Positions 33,263 to 44,136 of a DNA stretch of 64,000 bases are shown here, piece after piece; position 1 is the stretch's first letter; each line of letters begins with the position of its first letter. The DNA is taken from the NCBI GenBank assembly GCA_963764695.1, contig CAVXTW010000015.1, positions 221,845 through 285,844 on the forward strand, written 5' to 3'. The position numbers were made by a program, and so were the translations under genes. Below the pieces are notes generated by a model. The model did no database searches. It was not told the origin of the DNA and saw only the letters and a program-made list of their open reading frames with translations. The stretch comes from an uncultured delta proteobacterium. Lineage in GTDB: Bacteria > Myxococcota_A > Polyangia > Haliangiales > Haliangiaceae.

Positions 33263-33871
33263 TCACCGGTCGGCGGTGCGCACCGGGGCGACCGCGCGCA
33301 CCGCATCGACCGCGCAGCGATAGGTGTCGACCTGCACGACGCCCTTGAAGGCATCCGAGACGTCGGTGATGCGTCCCATGAACCACTTCCCGGTCCTCGC
33401 CTTGTCCTTTGTCGGCGGCGCCTGATAGACGTTGCCCTGGGAGCTGTCGTTGAAGCAGAGGACCAGCTCGCCGAGCTCGAGGTCGTCCGGCCCGGCGGGG
33501 CGGGTCCGCCAGTAGTGCTGGGTCCACACCTCGCGCGAGTCGTCGAGCTGGAAGAACAGGGCCTGCGCCTTCGTGTCCGGGCCCGGGGGCTGCTTCATCT
33601 TGGACAGGTGCACGTAGATCCAGCTCTGCTGCCAGGGCACCTCGCTGATGAAGTAGTCGTCCGCCTGCATCCAGTGGCGATCCTCGCCCGAGGCGTGAGC
33701 GGGACCGACCGGTGCGCCGCCCTCGTCCACCTCGGCCATCTCTTCGGGCGCGGCCAGCACCGGGCCCCGGGCACGAGCGCCGGCCGCGAACTGTCCTGAA
33801 CAGCCGGTGGCCAGATAGACGTGGAGGATCGGGAGGGTGAGCGTCGAGAGCGTCACGAGCGAGCGATTCAT
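33263..33871 (-). CDS. Lipoprotein made almost entirely of a paralogue of the kinase's extracytoplasmic domain
   Basis: ATG at 33871. MNRSLVTLSTLTLPILHVYLATGC lipobox. The DRHWMQADDYFISEVPW..FFQLDDSREVWTQHYW..CFNDS..VYQAPPTKDKARTGKWFMGRITDVSDA.. region is ~55-60% identical to the kinase C-terminus. Convergent with the kinase gene with 0-bp spacing. Confidence 0.65.
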   Translation of the reverse strand: MNRSLVTLSTLTLPILHVYLATGCSGQFAAGARARGPVLAAPEEMAEVDEGGAPVGPAHASGEDRHWMQADDYFISEVPWQQSWIYVHLSKMKQPPGPDTKAQALFFQLDDSREVWTQHYWRTRPAGPDDLELGELVLCFNDSSQGNVYQAPPTKDKARTGKWFMGRITDVSDAFKGVVQVDTYRCAVDAVRAVAPVRTADR

Positions 33872-33959
33872 TGGGTTCCTTGCGGCGACGGCCGTGCGGG
33901 ATAGACAGGACAGCCGCACGAATGTGACCGCCGACCGAAAAGAAACCCGGAGGAGTCGC

Positions 33960-35225
33960 TCAGGCGCCCGGCTGGCCCGGTAGCGTCACCTCCATGATGG
34001 CGCCGCCGTCGTCGCCGACCGTCCCGAGCACGAACATGCGCCCGTCGTGGATCGCCACGTACCCCCAGCGGACGCCGTGGGCCGGGAGCTGCCACACGTC
34101 GACGATCTCGCCGGTCTCCTCGTCGATCCGGGCCAGCGCGGGCGACAGCACCGACACCACGGTCCACAGGTCCGAGCCGTCGTAGGCCAGAGAGCCGGTC
34201 GCCAGCTCCTCGGGCAGCGCGATGGTCTCGAGCAGCGCGTTCGGCTCCACGCCGGTGTCGACCCGGAGCAGGAAATCGCCCGCCGGATCCGGGTCGCGAG
34301 CGGCGATCCAGGCGATGTCGGCGTCCAGGTCGACCGCCATGCTGATCACCTGCATCAGGTTGCCGAGCGTGGTTGTGTTGATGGATTCGGTCGAGCCGGC
34401 CGCAGAAGTGAGCATCGCCTCCTCGTCACCTCCGCAGCCACAGGTTGCCCAGAAGGATCCCGCCTGCCAGGCGCGGATGAAGGGCGGGTAGAAGGCGTCC
34501 GGCGGCGTGATGAGCTCGCCGGTCTCGGCGTTAACCGCGCGCAGCGGGTACGCGACGGGATCCGGAAACTCGTCGGACACGTAGAACAGCGTGCTGCCGT
34601 CGAACTCCAGCTCGGAGTAGCTCGTCGGCTCGGGCAGGTCCTCGTGCAGGCTCAGCTCCTCGACCATCTGGCAGGACGGCATCGGCAGCGCTTCGGTCGG
34701 CCGCGACAGGAACAGGAACTGCCCGTCGCCGTCGAACAGAGTGAGGGTCTCGCCGTCGCGCTCGCTGATGGTGAAGACCTGCCCGACCGGATAGCCGGCC
34801 GGCGCGAAGTTGAGCACCAGCGAATCGTCGTGGAGCAGCGCGGTGACCGGGGTGCAGGTGACGAAGTCGTCGCTCGGGCCGCCAAAGACGGTCAGGCCGG
34901 TTCCGTCTGCGTCGAGCCTGAGCGCCACGCTGCGGATGGTCGGGCCGGCAAGCGGCAGGATGTGGCCGCCGGTCACGACCCAGTCGCCGAGGAGGCCATC
35001 CGGCTGCGCGTCCCCGGCGCCCGCATCGGGTGCACCGTCGTCTCCGTCGTCTCCGTCGTCTCCGCTGTCACCGCCGTCGTCGTCATCGGCGCCCGCGCCA
35101 TCACCGCCGTCGCCGACCCCGCCACACCCGGGCCCGAAGACGGCGCAGGCGACCAGGAGCGCCGCGACGCCGCGGGTGAGTAGTCGATCGAGATCGAAGC
35201 AAGGGACAGGTGCTGGTGTGAGCAT
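33960..35225 (-). CDS. Hypothetical lipoprotein with a long Asp/Gly-rich acidic linker
   Basis: ATG at 35225 (MLTPAPVPCFDLDRLLTRGVAALLVACAVFG, LVAC lipobox). Linker DDDDGGDSGDDGDDGDDG, then a ~330-aa domain. Confidence 0.5.
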   Translation of the reverse strand: MLTPAPVPCFDLDRLLTRGVAALLVACAVFGPGCGGVGDGGDGAGADDDDGGDSGDDGDDGDDGAPDAGAGDAQPDGLLGDWVVTGGHILPLAGPTIRSVALRLDADGTGLTVFGGPSDDFVTCTPVTALLHDDSLVLNFAPAGYPVGQVFTISERDGETLTLFDGDGQFLFLSRPTEALPMPSCQMVEELSLHEDLPEPTSYSELEFDGSTLFYVSDEFPDPVAYPLRAVNAETGELITPPDAFYPPFIRAWQAGSFWATCGCGGDEEAMLTSAAGSTESINTTTLGNLMQVISMAVDLDADIAWIAARDPDPAGDFLLRVDTGVEPNALLETIALPEELATGSLAYDGSDLWTVVSVLSPALARIDEETGEIVDVWQLPAHGVRWGYVAIHDGRMFVLGTVGDDGGAIMEVTLPGQPGA

Positions 35226-35356
35226 CGGCGCTGGAAATGCACGGCCGGTGCCACCGCGGGTGCTTCGCTCGCTCGACCACTTGCCTCGCTGCCTTCGCCG
35301 CGTCGCCGGTTGTGCGCGCAGGTTGCGCGCGCAATCTGCCCTCGGGCGGATCGACC

Positions 35357-38300
35357 TCAGCGCAGGGCGTATGCGTCGAGGATGGTCTGCTCGACGGTGC
35401 CGCCGGTCTCTGCCTCGGCACGGGCGCGCAGCGAGACGGTGCCCGTCTCGTCCGGATGTTCGACGAGCGCCACAGCGCAATCGCCGAAGCGGAGCACGGT
35501 GACCTCTTGCCAGGTCTCGCCGCGATCGTGGGAGGCTTCCACGGTCAGCTCGGGTCAGGGGCGAGACGGGCGCTCCGGCCTGGCGCTCGATCGAGAGCGG
35601 GATGACGATGGGGCGCCCGGCCGGGGCCCGGCCGTACTCGTCCACCCGGGGCGCGAACCCCACGGTCATGAGCGGCGGCAGGACCGGGTCGGGTCCGGCG
35701 GCGTGCTCCGAGTCGAAGGTCCACGCGACCTGCACGTCGGTCGAACAGCCTCGAATCGGCCGCCGTGCGACTCGACCTCGAGCCGGTAGCGCCCGGGATC
35801 GACGGGCACCTCGAAGGTGGCGACCAGGAAGACGTCGCTCTCGCCGATGAGCACGCCGTCGCGATGCAGGCGAACCTCGTTTGTGGCCCTGAAGGAGCCG
35901 CCGGCGCGGCCGTTCGTGTCGCTGTAGAGACTCTCGAGAGAGACACGGAGCTCGTCGCCGGTGCGCACGATGACGCCCGGATGGCCCAGCGGGGGGCGCA
36001 GTCCCGGTCCGGCCACCGCGGCGTCCCAGCGCGCGCGGTAGCGGCCGCCGGCCCGGTAGGTGGTCGGGGGGAGCACGATCCGGAACGTCTCGACCTGGTC
36101 GTCGACCGCCTCCCACATCGAGGTCGCCCAGGTGAGGTTCTCGGTGCTGTAGTACTCGGTGCGGGTCATCGGGAGCCGGAACTCCGATGTCGGCCCCTGT
36201 GAGGGCGGAGCCTTGATGCCTGTCGCGAGACCGTTCGGGAACAGGGACGCCCGCGACGTGGATGCCTGTCCGCCGTACTCGGCGTGGACCGTGGCCAGGT
36301 CGCGGTGCTCGAGATGGCGCACGAACCCGGTCGGGAATCGGCCCGGGTCCGGAAAGAACTGGAGGTAGTAGTCGTACGGGCTGTCGGAGAAGAGCTGCGG
36401 GGCGCCCGGCGCGTGTGGCTCGGTCCACTGGCTGACGATGCCGGACACGAGCTCGGATTCCGGCGCCGGCGCGCCGAGGTGAGCGGTGTAGATCGCCACG
36501 AATCCGGGCTCCTCGTCGCCGGTGCCGAAGTACGTGTACTGGCCGCTCCAGCGGAAGTCCTCGGTGCGGTGATCGTAGGTGACGACCTCCAGGTGCCGGC
36601 GGGCGGTCGGACGGGGCACGCGGACGTCAACCGGCTGCGCGCTCCGTGCGTCGAGAGACACGGCGACAGGCTGGTTCACGTCGAGCACCGGCTGCACGAA
36701 GATCGCGCCGACCTCCTGCCCGGCGGCCTCGAAGACGACCAGCGACTCGAGGTTGTAGCGTCCGACCGGCACACGGGTCAACGTCGCGCCGACGGCGCCG
36801 CCCAGATCCTCGACCGCCTCCCCCTCGAGATTGACCAGGAAGGTGAAGCCGAGGGCCGGGTTCCCGTCGCGGTCGAGGTAGGTGAGGTTTACGTCGTAGC
36901 TCTCCACCTCCTTGTCGATCGCCAGCGGCGTGCGCACGACCTGCTCGCCGGCCGTCGCGACCAGGGCGCCCGCATAGAGGCCGTCCGGTCCAGATACGCG
37001 CGTGTCGACGGTGAGGGTCGCCTGCGCCGCTCCGCCCGCCGGGACGGTGAGCGCGGCCGGTTCGACCGCGAACATGCCGGGCGGTGGCGCGGCAGGGCCG
37101 CTGGCCTCGATCGCGAGCTCCAGGGTCAGCGGAGCGGTGCCGCTGTTGTGGTAGGTCACCGTGCGGACGGCAGGTTCGTCGTCGTCGTGCGGCCACGGCG
37201 CGCGGCCGAGGCTGATGCTGGCCGGCGCGGCGAACACCGACTGGTCGATGGCGCGAGCCAGATCCACGCGGCCGGCTCCCTCATCGAGCACGCCGGCGCC
37301 CGGGCCCGGTCGGGCCGAGCCCATCAGCGCGGCCTTGAGCTCGGCCGCGCGCCACTCCGGGTGCTGCTGGGCGAGGAGCGCGGCCGCGCCGGTCACGTGC
37401 GGGGCCGCCATCGAGGTGCCGGACACCCGGGCGTAGAAGTCGTCGACCGGATCCTCGTCGCCGACGTCGGTTCCGACCGCGCGCGCCGCCTCGATGTCAA
37501 CGCCGGGCGCGGTGATGTCGGGCTTGATGGCGCCGTCGCCGATGCGCGGGCCGCGGCACGAGAACTCGGCCAGCTCGTCCTCGACGTCGACCGCGCCGAC
37601 CGAGAGCGCGGCGTCTGCCGTGCTCGGCGAGCCGACCTGAAGCTCATCGGGGCCGCCGCAGCCCCCCTCGTTGCCGGCCGAGGCGACGAACAGCGTGCCG
37701 TGCTCGGCGGTGAGCGCGTTGATCGCCTGCTCGAGCGGATCCACGTCCGGCGTGTCCGCGCTGCCGAAGCTGAGGTTGACGATGGCGGCGCCACTCGCGG
37801 CCGCCCACTCCAGGCCCTCCAGGATCGCCGAGTCGGAGCAGCTGCCCAGTCTGCATACCCTGCCGATCAGCAGCTCGGCGTCCGGCGCGATGCCGCGATG
37901 GACGCCGCCGTCGGCCGCGCCGCTGCCGGCCGCGATCGACGCGACGTGGGTGCCGTGTCCGAAGTCATCGGCCGGGCTTGGATCGCCTTCGATGAAGCTG
38001 CGCGCCTCGACGATGCGGCCGGCGAAGTCGGGATGTGCGGCGTCGATGCCGGTATCGAGCACGGCGATGGTCACGCCGAGCCCGGTGTAGCCGGCCTCCC
38101 ACGCGGCCGGCGCGCCGATCTGGGGCGCGCTGCGATGAAGGACGAGCTTGCGCTTGCCGTCGAGCCACACCTTGTCGCCCCCGGTCGCAAGGCGCGCCTG
38201 CCCGGCGAGCGCGGTCCAGGCGGCGGCCGCGATGTGCTTGGGGACGCGCATCGCCGCGCCGCGCAGGCTGGGCAGCTGGCGGACCATGCGCGCGCCGCCG

Positions 38301-38794
38301 GCGACCAGAGCCGTGCCGCTGCGCGCCATGCCGGTGCGGCGGCGGGTGCGATCGGCGGCCCGGTCGGTGACGATGACCGGCAGGTCCGTGCGGTGCGCAT
38401 CGTCGTACTCGAGCTCGAGAAGCCCGGTGACGTCGAACAGCCGGCGATCGAGAGCGCCGGCCGCGATCAGACGGGCCGCGTCGTCCGGCACGACGTACTG
38501 GTGGCCGCGGATCACGTGGCCGCGAAAGCCGATCCCGCGGCGGCCGGGACCGGGATCGATCGTGTACCTGCCGTCGGTGTGGACGAGCACGCGGTCTCCG
38601 GTCAGGAGCGTGACTGTCCTCGGCGCGCCGGACCTATCGATCCCATCGGTCGCCGCGCGGTCCATTGCGTCGTCCGGTGCAGCCTGATCGCCGTCGCCCG
38701 GACGGCTGTCAACGTCGCGTGCGTCGCCGCAGGCGAGCAGCGCGCTCATCGAGACAGGTAAGAAGAGGCAGAGCAATACAGACGCTCGATTCAT
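35357..38794 (-). CDS. Subtilisin-like serine protease (peptidase S8) lipoprotein with a C-terminal BNR/Asp-box-containing region; two apparent frameshifts in the 3' end (~35760 and ~35560)
   Basis: ggagg RBS + ATG near 38794 (MNRASVLLCLFLPVSMSALLACG). Catalytic triad motifs VAVLDTGID, HGTHVASIAAG, GTSMAAPHVTGAAALL. After the stop at 35666 the protein-like text continues in other frames and ends ..SHDRGETWQ.. (Asp-box) at 35357. Confidence 0.85.
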
Positions 38795-38984
38795 TCGTTG
38801 TCCTCCAAGGAAGCCAGTCAGCAGATCGAGCTGGTAGGACGGGCCGCGACGCGGGAGTCGGACACGAGACTCTGGCCGCGCTCGCGTGCGTGATCTCCGC
38901 CGCATCGCGGTCCCATGGTCGTGACTCTCTGTGGCTCGAGGTGCCGAACGTTGAGAGGATCGGCGCGCGAAAGACAGGCGTACT

Positions 38985-41286
38985 GTGGTCCTCGTGACCT
39001 CGAACCCGCCGCTCGCACGAACCGGCGCTGCCGCTCTCGCCGGCGCGCTCCTTTTCTGCATGGCCGGGGCTGCCCTCGCGCAGCCGAAGACGAGACGCCA
39101 CGTCAACTCGCTATCAGGAGTCGAGTGGGCGTGGAGCGGGATGCTGTCCCGGCGTTCCACGGCCGCGCCGGTATCGATCGCCCGCGCGTTCGCCGCCTCC
39201 GTGCTTCCCGCCGGCGTGCGGGCGAGCGACCTGGCGACGGTGCGCACGGCGGCCCTGCCCCGCGGCGGATCGATCGTGGTCCTCCAGCAGCGCGCCCGGA
39301 CGCCTTCGGGTCGTCGGCGGTCAGGTCGCGGTCCGCATCGACGCCGCGGGCCGCGTGCGCTGGGCCGCGTCGCGGGCGCGCGCCCTGCCCTCGGGTCTGG
39401 CGCTGGTCCCGTCTCTCACCCAGGACCAGGCAGCAGCCGTGGCCGGCTGGGTCCCGGGCCGAAGGCCGGGTGCGCCTCGCTTCGAGCTGGTGGTGCACGC
39501 CCCGGCGTCGAGCGAACCGCGCCTGGCTTACCAGGTGACCCTGCCGTTCGACCCGGCGCTCATCGAGGTCCGCCGCGTCTTCGTCAACGCGCACACCGGC
39601 CGCGTGATCGCGCGCGACAACCTCGTCCGCGAGGTCGGGCAGGCGCGCGCCTTCGGGATCAATCCGGTGAAGACACCGGCGACGGAGATCGTCCAGCTGG
39701 CCGGGCTCGACGACGGCGCCACCACGCTGACCGGACCGGACGCCGTCGCGGATGGATGCATCGACGACGCCACGTGCGTCAACGTCGGCGGGTTCTTCGT
39801 CCACGGCTGCGCGCCCGAGCAGACGGCGCTCGCCGACCAGAACGGTGACTTCCTCGCGTACGACTTCGCGTCGGACACCGACCCGGAGGACTCGTTCTCC
39901 GAGGTCCAGATCTTCCACCACACGGCCGTGGCCTTGGCCCGCGCACGCGAGCTGGGCGGCTTCGACGGTCTCGACCAGCCGCTCCACCTGATCGCGAACC
40001 ACCGCCAGCCCGACTTCGATGACTTCGACTGCGACGGGCCGATCTACCTGGGCAACGGGGAGCTTCAGCCGTTCGACAACGCCTTCTTCAACCCCTCCGG
40101 CCAGGGCGGCGACGGCGTGCCGGCGATGGTCTTCGGCCAGGGCAGCGTGAACGACTTCAGCTACGACGGCGACGTCGTCTACCACGAATTCGGACACGCC
40201 GTCATGAACCAGTTCGCCCCGGAGCTCGGATTCGGCGGGCCGGATCAGTACGGCGTGGATTCCACTCCGCACGGCCTGCACGAGGGCTACGCCGATCTGA
40301 TGACCATGTTCGTCACCGGCGATCCGGAGATCGCGGAGTACGCATCGATCAACTTCGGCGTGGAGATCCTGCGCAACATCGACAACGACCTCACCTGTCC
40401 CGCGGGGCTGGTCGGCGCGGGACACCTCGACTCCGAGGTGATGAGCGGCGCGATCTGGGCGGCCCGCGAGGCGCTACCGGAGGCGGACCGGACCATCTTC
40501 GACGAGTCGGTGTTCGCGGCGCAGCGCGCCTTCGGCGCCTCCGAGCGCTTCGGCAGCGCCGCCCAGCTGACGGTCATGGAGGTGGAGGCAGCCCTCGGCT
40601 CCGGCGCTGCGGAGACGGTCGCCGCGGTCTTCACCGCGCGCGGCTTCGACGATTGCGCGACCCGGGTCGCCGACGCCGCGGTCCCGCATCGCCTGCTCCA
40701 GCTGGGCGGCGGTTTCAGCACCGAGACCTCGCCACATGCGTCGATCGTGCAGTGGCGGCTGGTTCTCGACGAGACCGCCGGCGCCATCCAGGTCAACATC
40801 GCCGAGGTGATCGATCTGTTCTTCGGGAAGGTCATCGTCAACGCCGATCTGGAGGTCATCGTCAAGCCGGGCAGCGCGCCGATCCTGTGGACCGACGGCA
40901 CGGCAGAGGAGGAGCGGACCGCCGACCACACCCTCTCCGCCCCGTTCGTGTTCAGCGAGGACGCGCGGAGCGTGGTCTCGGCTCGAGCCGTCGTCGACGG
41001 TCCGTTCGAGCCCGGCGAGTACCACCTGCAGCTGATCGGCCGCGAGCTCGGCATCGAGGCGCGCAACACCACGATCAGCGCGGTCCCGCTCCCGGGCACC
41101 CCCGACGCCGGACCATCCGAGCCCGACGCCGCCCCCGATCCAGGCGATGACGACGGAGCCGGCGCCGACGGCGGAGACATCGACGACGGCGGCTGCGGCT
41201 GCCACTCCTCGCGACCGGATGGCACCGCCGCCAGTGTGCTGCTGCTCCTCGCCGCCCTCTGGCTGGGATCACGCCGGCGCCGGTGA
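38985..41286 (+). CDS. Secreted Zn metalloprotease (M4/M36 thermolysin/fungalysin-like) with a MYXO-CTERM-type C-terminal sorting tag; one frameshift near 39300-39350
   Basis: GTG start + signal peptide (ARTGAAALAGALLFCMAGAALAQP). HExxH (VVYHEFGHAV) plus a downstream EGYADL third-ligand-like motif. C-terminus DDGGCGCHSSRPDGTAASVLLLLAALWLGSRRRR. Confidence 0.8.
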
Positions 41287-41347
41287 CGTGGACTGGCCCG
41301 GGGAGACACTGTTCGAGTCGCATCCGACGCGGGTGTATAACGTCGGC

Positions 41348-41857
41348 ATGAGCGACGCGCGCGATGCGGTGGCCGAGGCACTGGCGCTGAACAGGCGGCT
41401 GGCCGCGACCTTGCTGGTGAAGAAGCAGGAGCTCGAGGCCCAGCTGGCGGCCGGGGCGACGACCGAGCGCGCCGCGGTCGTCGCTGCCGAGCTGGCGGAC
41501 GTGGAGGCGCAGTACCGCAGCGCGCTCGCCGAGATCAACGAGCTGCGCAAGCTGGGCGATCAGGCGCTGGTCAACGAGGCGCGCGCGGTGGCGGCCGATG
41601 CGCTGCCGGGCGATCCGGTGGCCACGAGCTACGAGGACCGGGCGCTGGCCGCGGCGCGCGAGCACATCCTCGAGCTGGACGCGCAGGCCGGGCTCGGCGC
41701 CGAGGCGCCAGCGCGACCGGCGCCGGCGACCGCGGTGAAGAGCCGCGAGGAGGCCGAACGCGAGGCGCGCGCGGAGTTCGAGGCGCTGCGTGCGCGGCGG
41801 ACAGCCGAGCCGGCGCCGGAGCCCGGCCCGAAGCCGCGGCCCAAGAAGACGCTCTGA
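41348..41857 (+). CDS. Hypothetical coiled-coil protein (Ala/Glu-rich)
   Basis: 169-aa ORF from an ATG at 41348. Heptad-like E/A/L-rich sequence. No strong RBS. Confidence 0.4.
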   Translation: MSDARDAVAEALALNRRLAATLLVKKQELEAQLAAGATTERAAVVAAELADVEAQYRSALAEINELRKLGDQALVNEARAVAADALPGDPVATSYEDRALAAAREHILELDAQAGLGAEAPARPAPATAVKSREEAEREARAEFEALRARRTAEPAPEPGPKPRPKKTL

Positions 41858-41903
41858 TCTCCGCGTCGACGGTCGGGACGCGACGCGCGACCGCGGCCCG
41901 CCG

Positions 41904-42596
41904 CTACAGCAGGCGCTCGTCGGCCAGGACGCGGCGGATCTCGAGGTAGAGCTCGTAGGGGTACGTCCGGGCCAGGAGCACCGGTGCCTCGCGGCCGAGC
42001 GCGGCCGTCATTCGCGACAGCTCGCCCTCGATGCGCCAGAGGCGGGCGAGCGCGCCCAGGTACTCGCCTCGGCCGCGCGCGATCTCGGTGCGGATGCGGG
42101 CGTCGTTGACCAGGACGAACCACAGGGCGGCGCGGTCTCCGCCGGCCGGCGCTGCGCCCTTCGCCGCAGTCGTCTCGTCACTGGCGCCGCCCGGTCCGGC
42201 CGGGGGAGCCGGAGGAGGCGGCGGAGGCGGAGTCCAGGCGGGCCTCAGCTCGAGGTGGTAGGCGCTGGGCGAGTACTGGATGAGCGCGCCGGTGGCGGCG
42301 TCGGTCAGCCAGAAGCACCCGCTGGTCAGGTTGAAGATGGCGACCCCGTTGAGCGACTTCTGCAGCAGGAATCGGGCCGGCTCCAGGCCAGGCCCCCGCA
42401 TGGTGATCACGTGGGTGGCGAAGGTGTCGCGATCGAAGCTCCAGGTGAGCGGCGTGACGCCGACCGGAGCTCCGTCCACCAGCACCTCGGCGCGCGCCGG
42501 GTTGGAGCTGAAGACGACGTTCTGGCGGCTGCTGCTGAAGAGGGTGGCGCAACCGCTGCCGGCCACGAGCAGGAGGAGGAGCGCGCACGGCCTCAT
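41904..42596 (-). CDS. PEGA-domain lipoprotein
   Basis: MRPCALLLLLVAGSGC lipobox. PEGA-like motif SNPARAEVLVDGAPVGVTPL. Poly-Pro linker. Confidence 0.6.
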   Translation of the reverse strand: MRPCALLLLLVAGSGCATLFSSSRQNVVFSSNPARAEVLVDGAPVGVTPLTWSFDRDTFATHVITMRGPGLEPARFLLQKSLNGVAIFNLTSGCFWLTDAATGALIQYSPSAYHLELRPAWTPPPPPPPAPPAGPGGASDETTAAKGAAPAGGDRAALWFVLVNDARIRTEIARGRGEYLGALARLWRIEGELSRMTAALGREAPVLLARTYPYELYLEIRRVLADERLL

Positions 42597-42674
42597 CGCA
42601 CGACTCTGCCAGAAGCGGCCGCCCGATGGGCAGGATTCTGGCCTCAGCCGCTTCGCCTGGTCACTGCGCTCCCG

Positions 42675-44063
42675 TCACGTCGCGACCGCGACGCTGGCCG
42701 CGGTGGTGGCGAGCAACTCGTCGAGGAACGCCGACGCCCTGTCGGGCGTGCCGGCGAAACCGGATCCGCCGACCGTGATCGCGCCGTGGTTGCCGTCGTC
42801 GACGATCGTGATGACGCACCCGCCGATCGGGTCGGCGTCGGTGGCGAGGCGTGATGGCGATGACACCGCGCACAGCGCCGGGATCGGCGTGTCCATCGCG
42901 ATGCGCGACAGCAGCGCGCGGCCGCCGATCACGGCGGCGACGTTCTCGAACCAGTGCGGGCGCCTGGCGCTGATGCTCCTGCGCTTCCACGACACCGGCG
43001 CCGGAAGGGCGCGCGCGGCGGCCAGCAGGCGGGAGACCAGGCCGTTCGCGGCCGCCTCGCGCGCGAACACGTCGCGGACGCGCGCCTCGAACGCGGAGAA
43101 CGGCTCGGGCACGCCATCGGTGAAGCGCACGCTCGTGGTCGCCGAGACGATGCGGCGGCGGAGGCGCATCGGGTCGTCCATGCGGCCGCGCGCGACCGGA
43201 ACCTGGATGGTCGGCGAGAACCTGGCGTCGCGCCGGCCGGCGTGGCGATGCAGGATGCGTCCGAGCTCGTACGCGAGCGGGATCACGCGCGGCGTCGGCC
43301 GGGGTAGCTCGCGCCAGGTCACCGCGAGCGGCACCGCGCCGGCAACCGAGGCGAGCCGGGGCAGCGCGATGTGGCCGTTCGCCGGGGTAGCTGGCGTCCT
43401 GGCAGCGCCATCGACGAGTGAGGCGATCCGCGACGCGAGGCTGGCGTGGCCATAGCCGTCGATGATCAGGTGACAGGTCGAGACCACGGCGAGTTCCCCG
43501 GCGCGGCCCAGCCCGAGCCACGGACCGCCTCGCTCGGTCCACGCGCGGCGATGGCCATGGCGCGCGGTCTCGATCGGCTCGTCACCGAGCGACACGCACA
43601 CGAACGGCGTCGCGCCACGCCAGGGCGGCGGCTCCGCGCCGCGAAGCACGGCGGCGAGCAGCGTGGCGAGCGACGGATCGTCCAGCGGCGCGGTGAGGCA
43701 CCGGTCGCCGACCGCGAACGCCGCGACGTCGAGCAGGCTGGGGCGCGGGTCGGCGCCGCTCGAATGAGCGATCGTGACCGCAAGCGGCTGATCCGGGAGA
43801 GTGCCGTCGAGCTCGCGGAGCGCGGTGCGCGCGGCCCTCGCGCGGCGGATCGCGTCGACCACTGGATCCCGCGGGCGGGTCGCGCGATACCCCATGAACG
43901 TATCGGCATCCGGCTCGGCATCGCATGCCAGGTAGATCTCGGGCGTCGCCCGGGTCTCGGCGAGCGCGACGCCGCCGGCCAGCAGCCACCACCGCCGATC
44001 GATCTCCGCGATCGCGGCCAGCTCACGCTGGAGCTCGGCGGTCCGGCGCGCCCATCCTCTCAC
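42675..44063 (-). CDS. Putative acyltransferase of the condensation-domain / WS-DGAT superfamily (degenerate HHxxxDG)
   Basis: 462-aa ORF with TCHLIIDGYG, resembling the HHxxxDG active-site motif of WS/DGAT and PapA5-type enzymes. Size fits WS/DGAT (~460 aa). Confidence 0.45.
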   Translation of the reverse strand: MRGWARRTAELQRELAAIAEIDRRWWLLAGGVALAETRATPEIYLACDAEPDADTFMGYRATRPRDPVVDAIRRARAARTALRELDGTLPDQPLAVTIAHSSGADPRPSLLDVAAFAVGDRCLTAPLDDPSLATLLAAVLRGAEPPPWRGATPFVCVSLGDEPIETARHGHRRAWTERGGPWLGLGRAGELAVVSTCHLIIDGYGHASLASRIASLVDGAARTPATPANGHIALPRLASVAGAVPLAVTWRELPRPTPRVIPLAYELGRILHRHAGRRDARFSPTIQVPVARGRMDDPMRLRRRIVSATTSVRFTDGVPEPFSAFEARVRDVFAREAAANGLVSRLLAAARALPAPVSWKRRSISARRPHWFENVAAVIGGRALLSRIAMDTPIPALCAVSSPSRLATDADPIGGCVITIVDDGNHGAITVGGSGFAGTPDRASAFLDELLATTAASVAVAT

Positions 44064-44136
44064 GAGACCTCCTCGTTCCCGGGAGCCTACCCGAAGCCGG
44101 AGCCCACCGGTCGAGCAAGAGCGCGCGGCATCCGGA

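Noticed and set aside
36284-38761. 825-aa + strand ORF
   Set aside because: Antisense of the S8 protease gene. The minus strand shows the D/H/S catalytic motifs.
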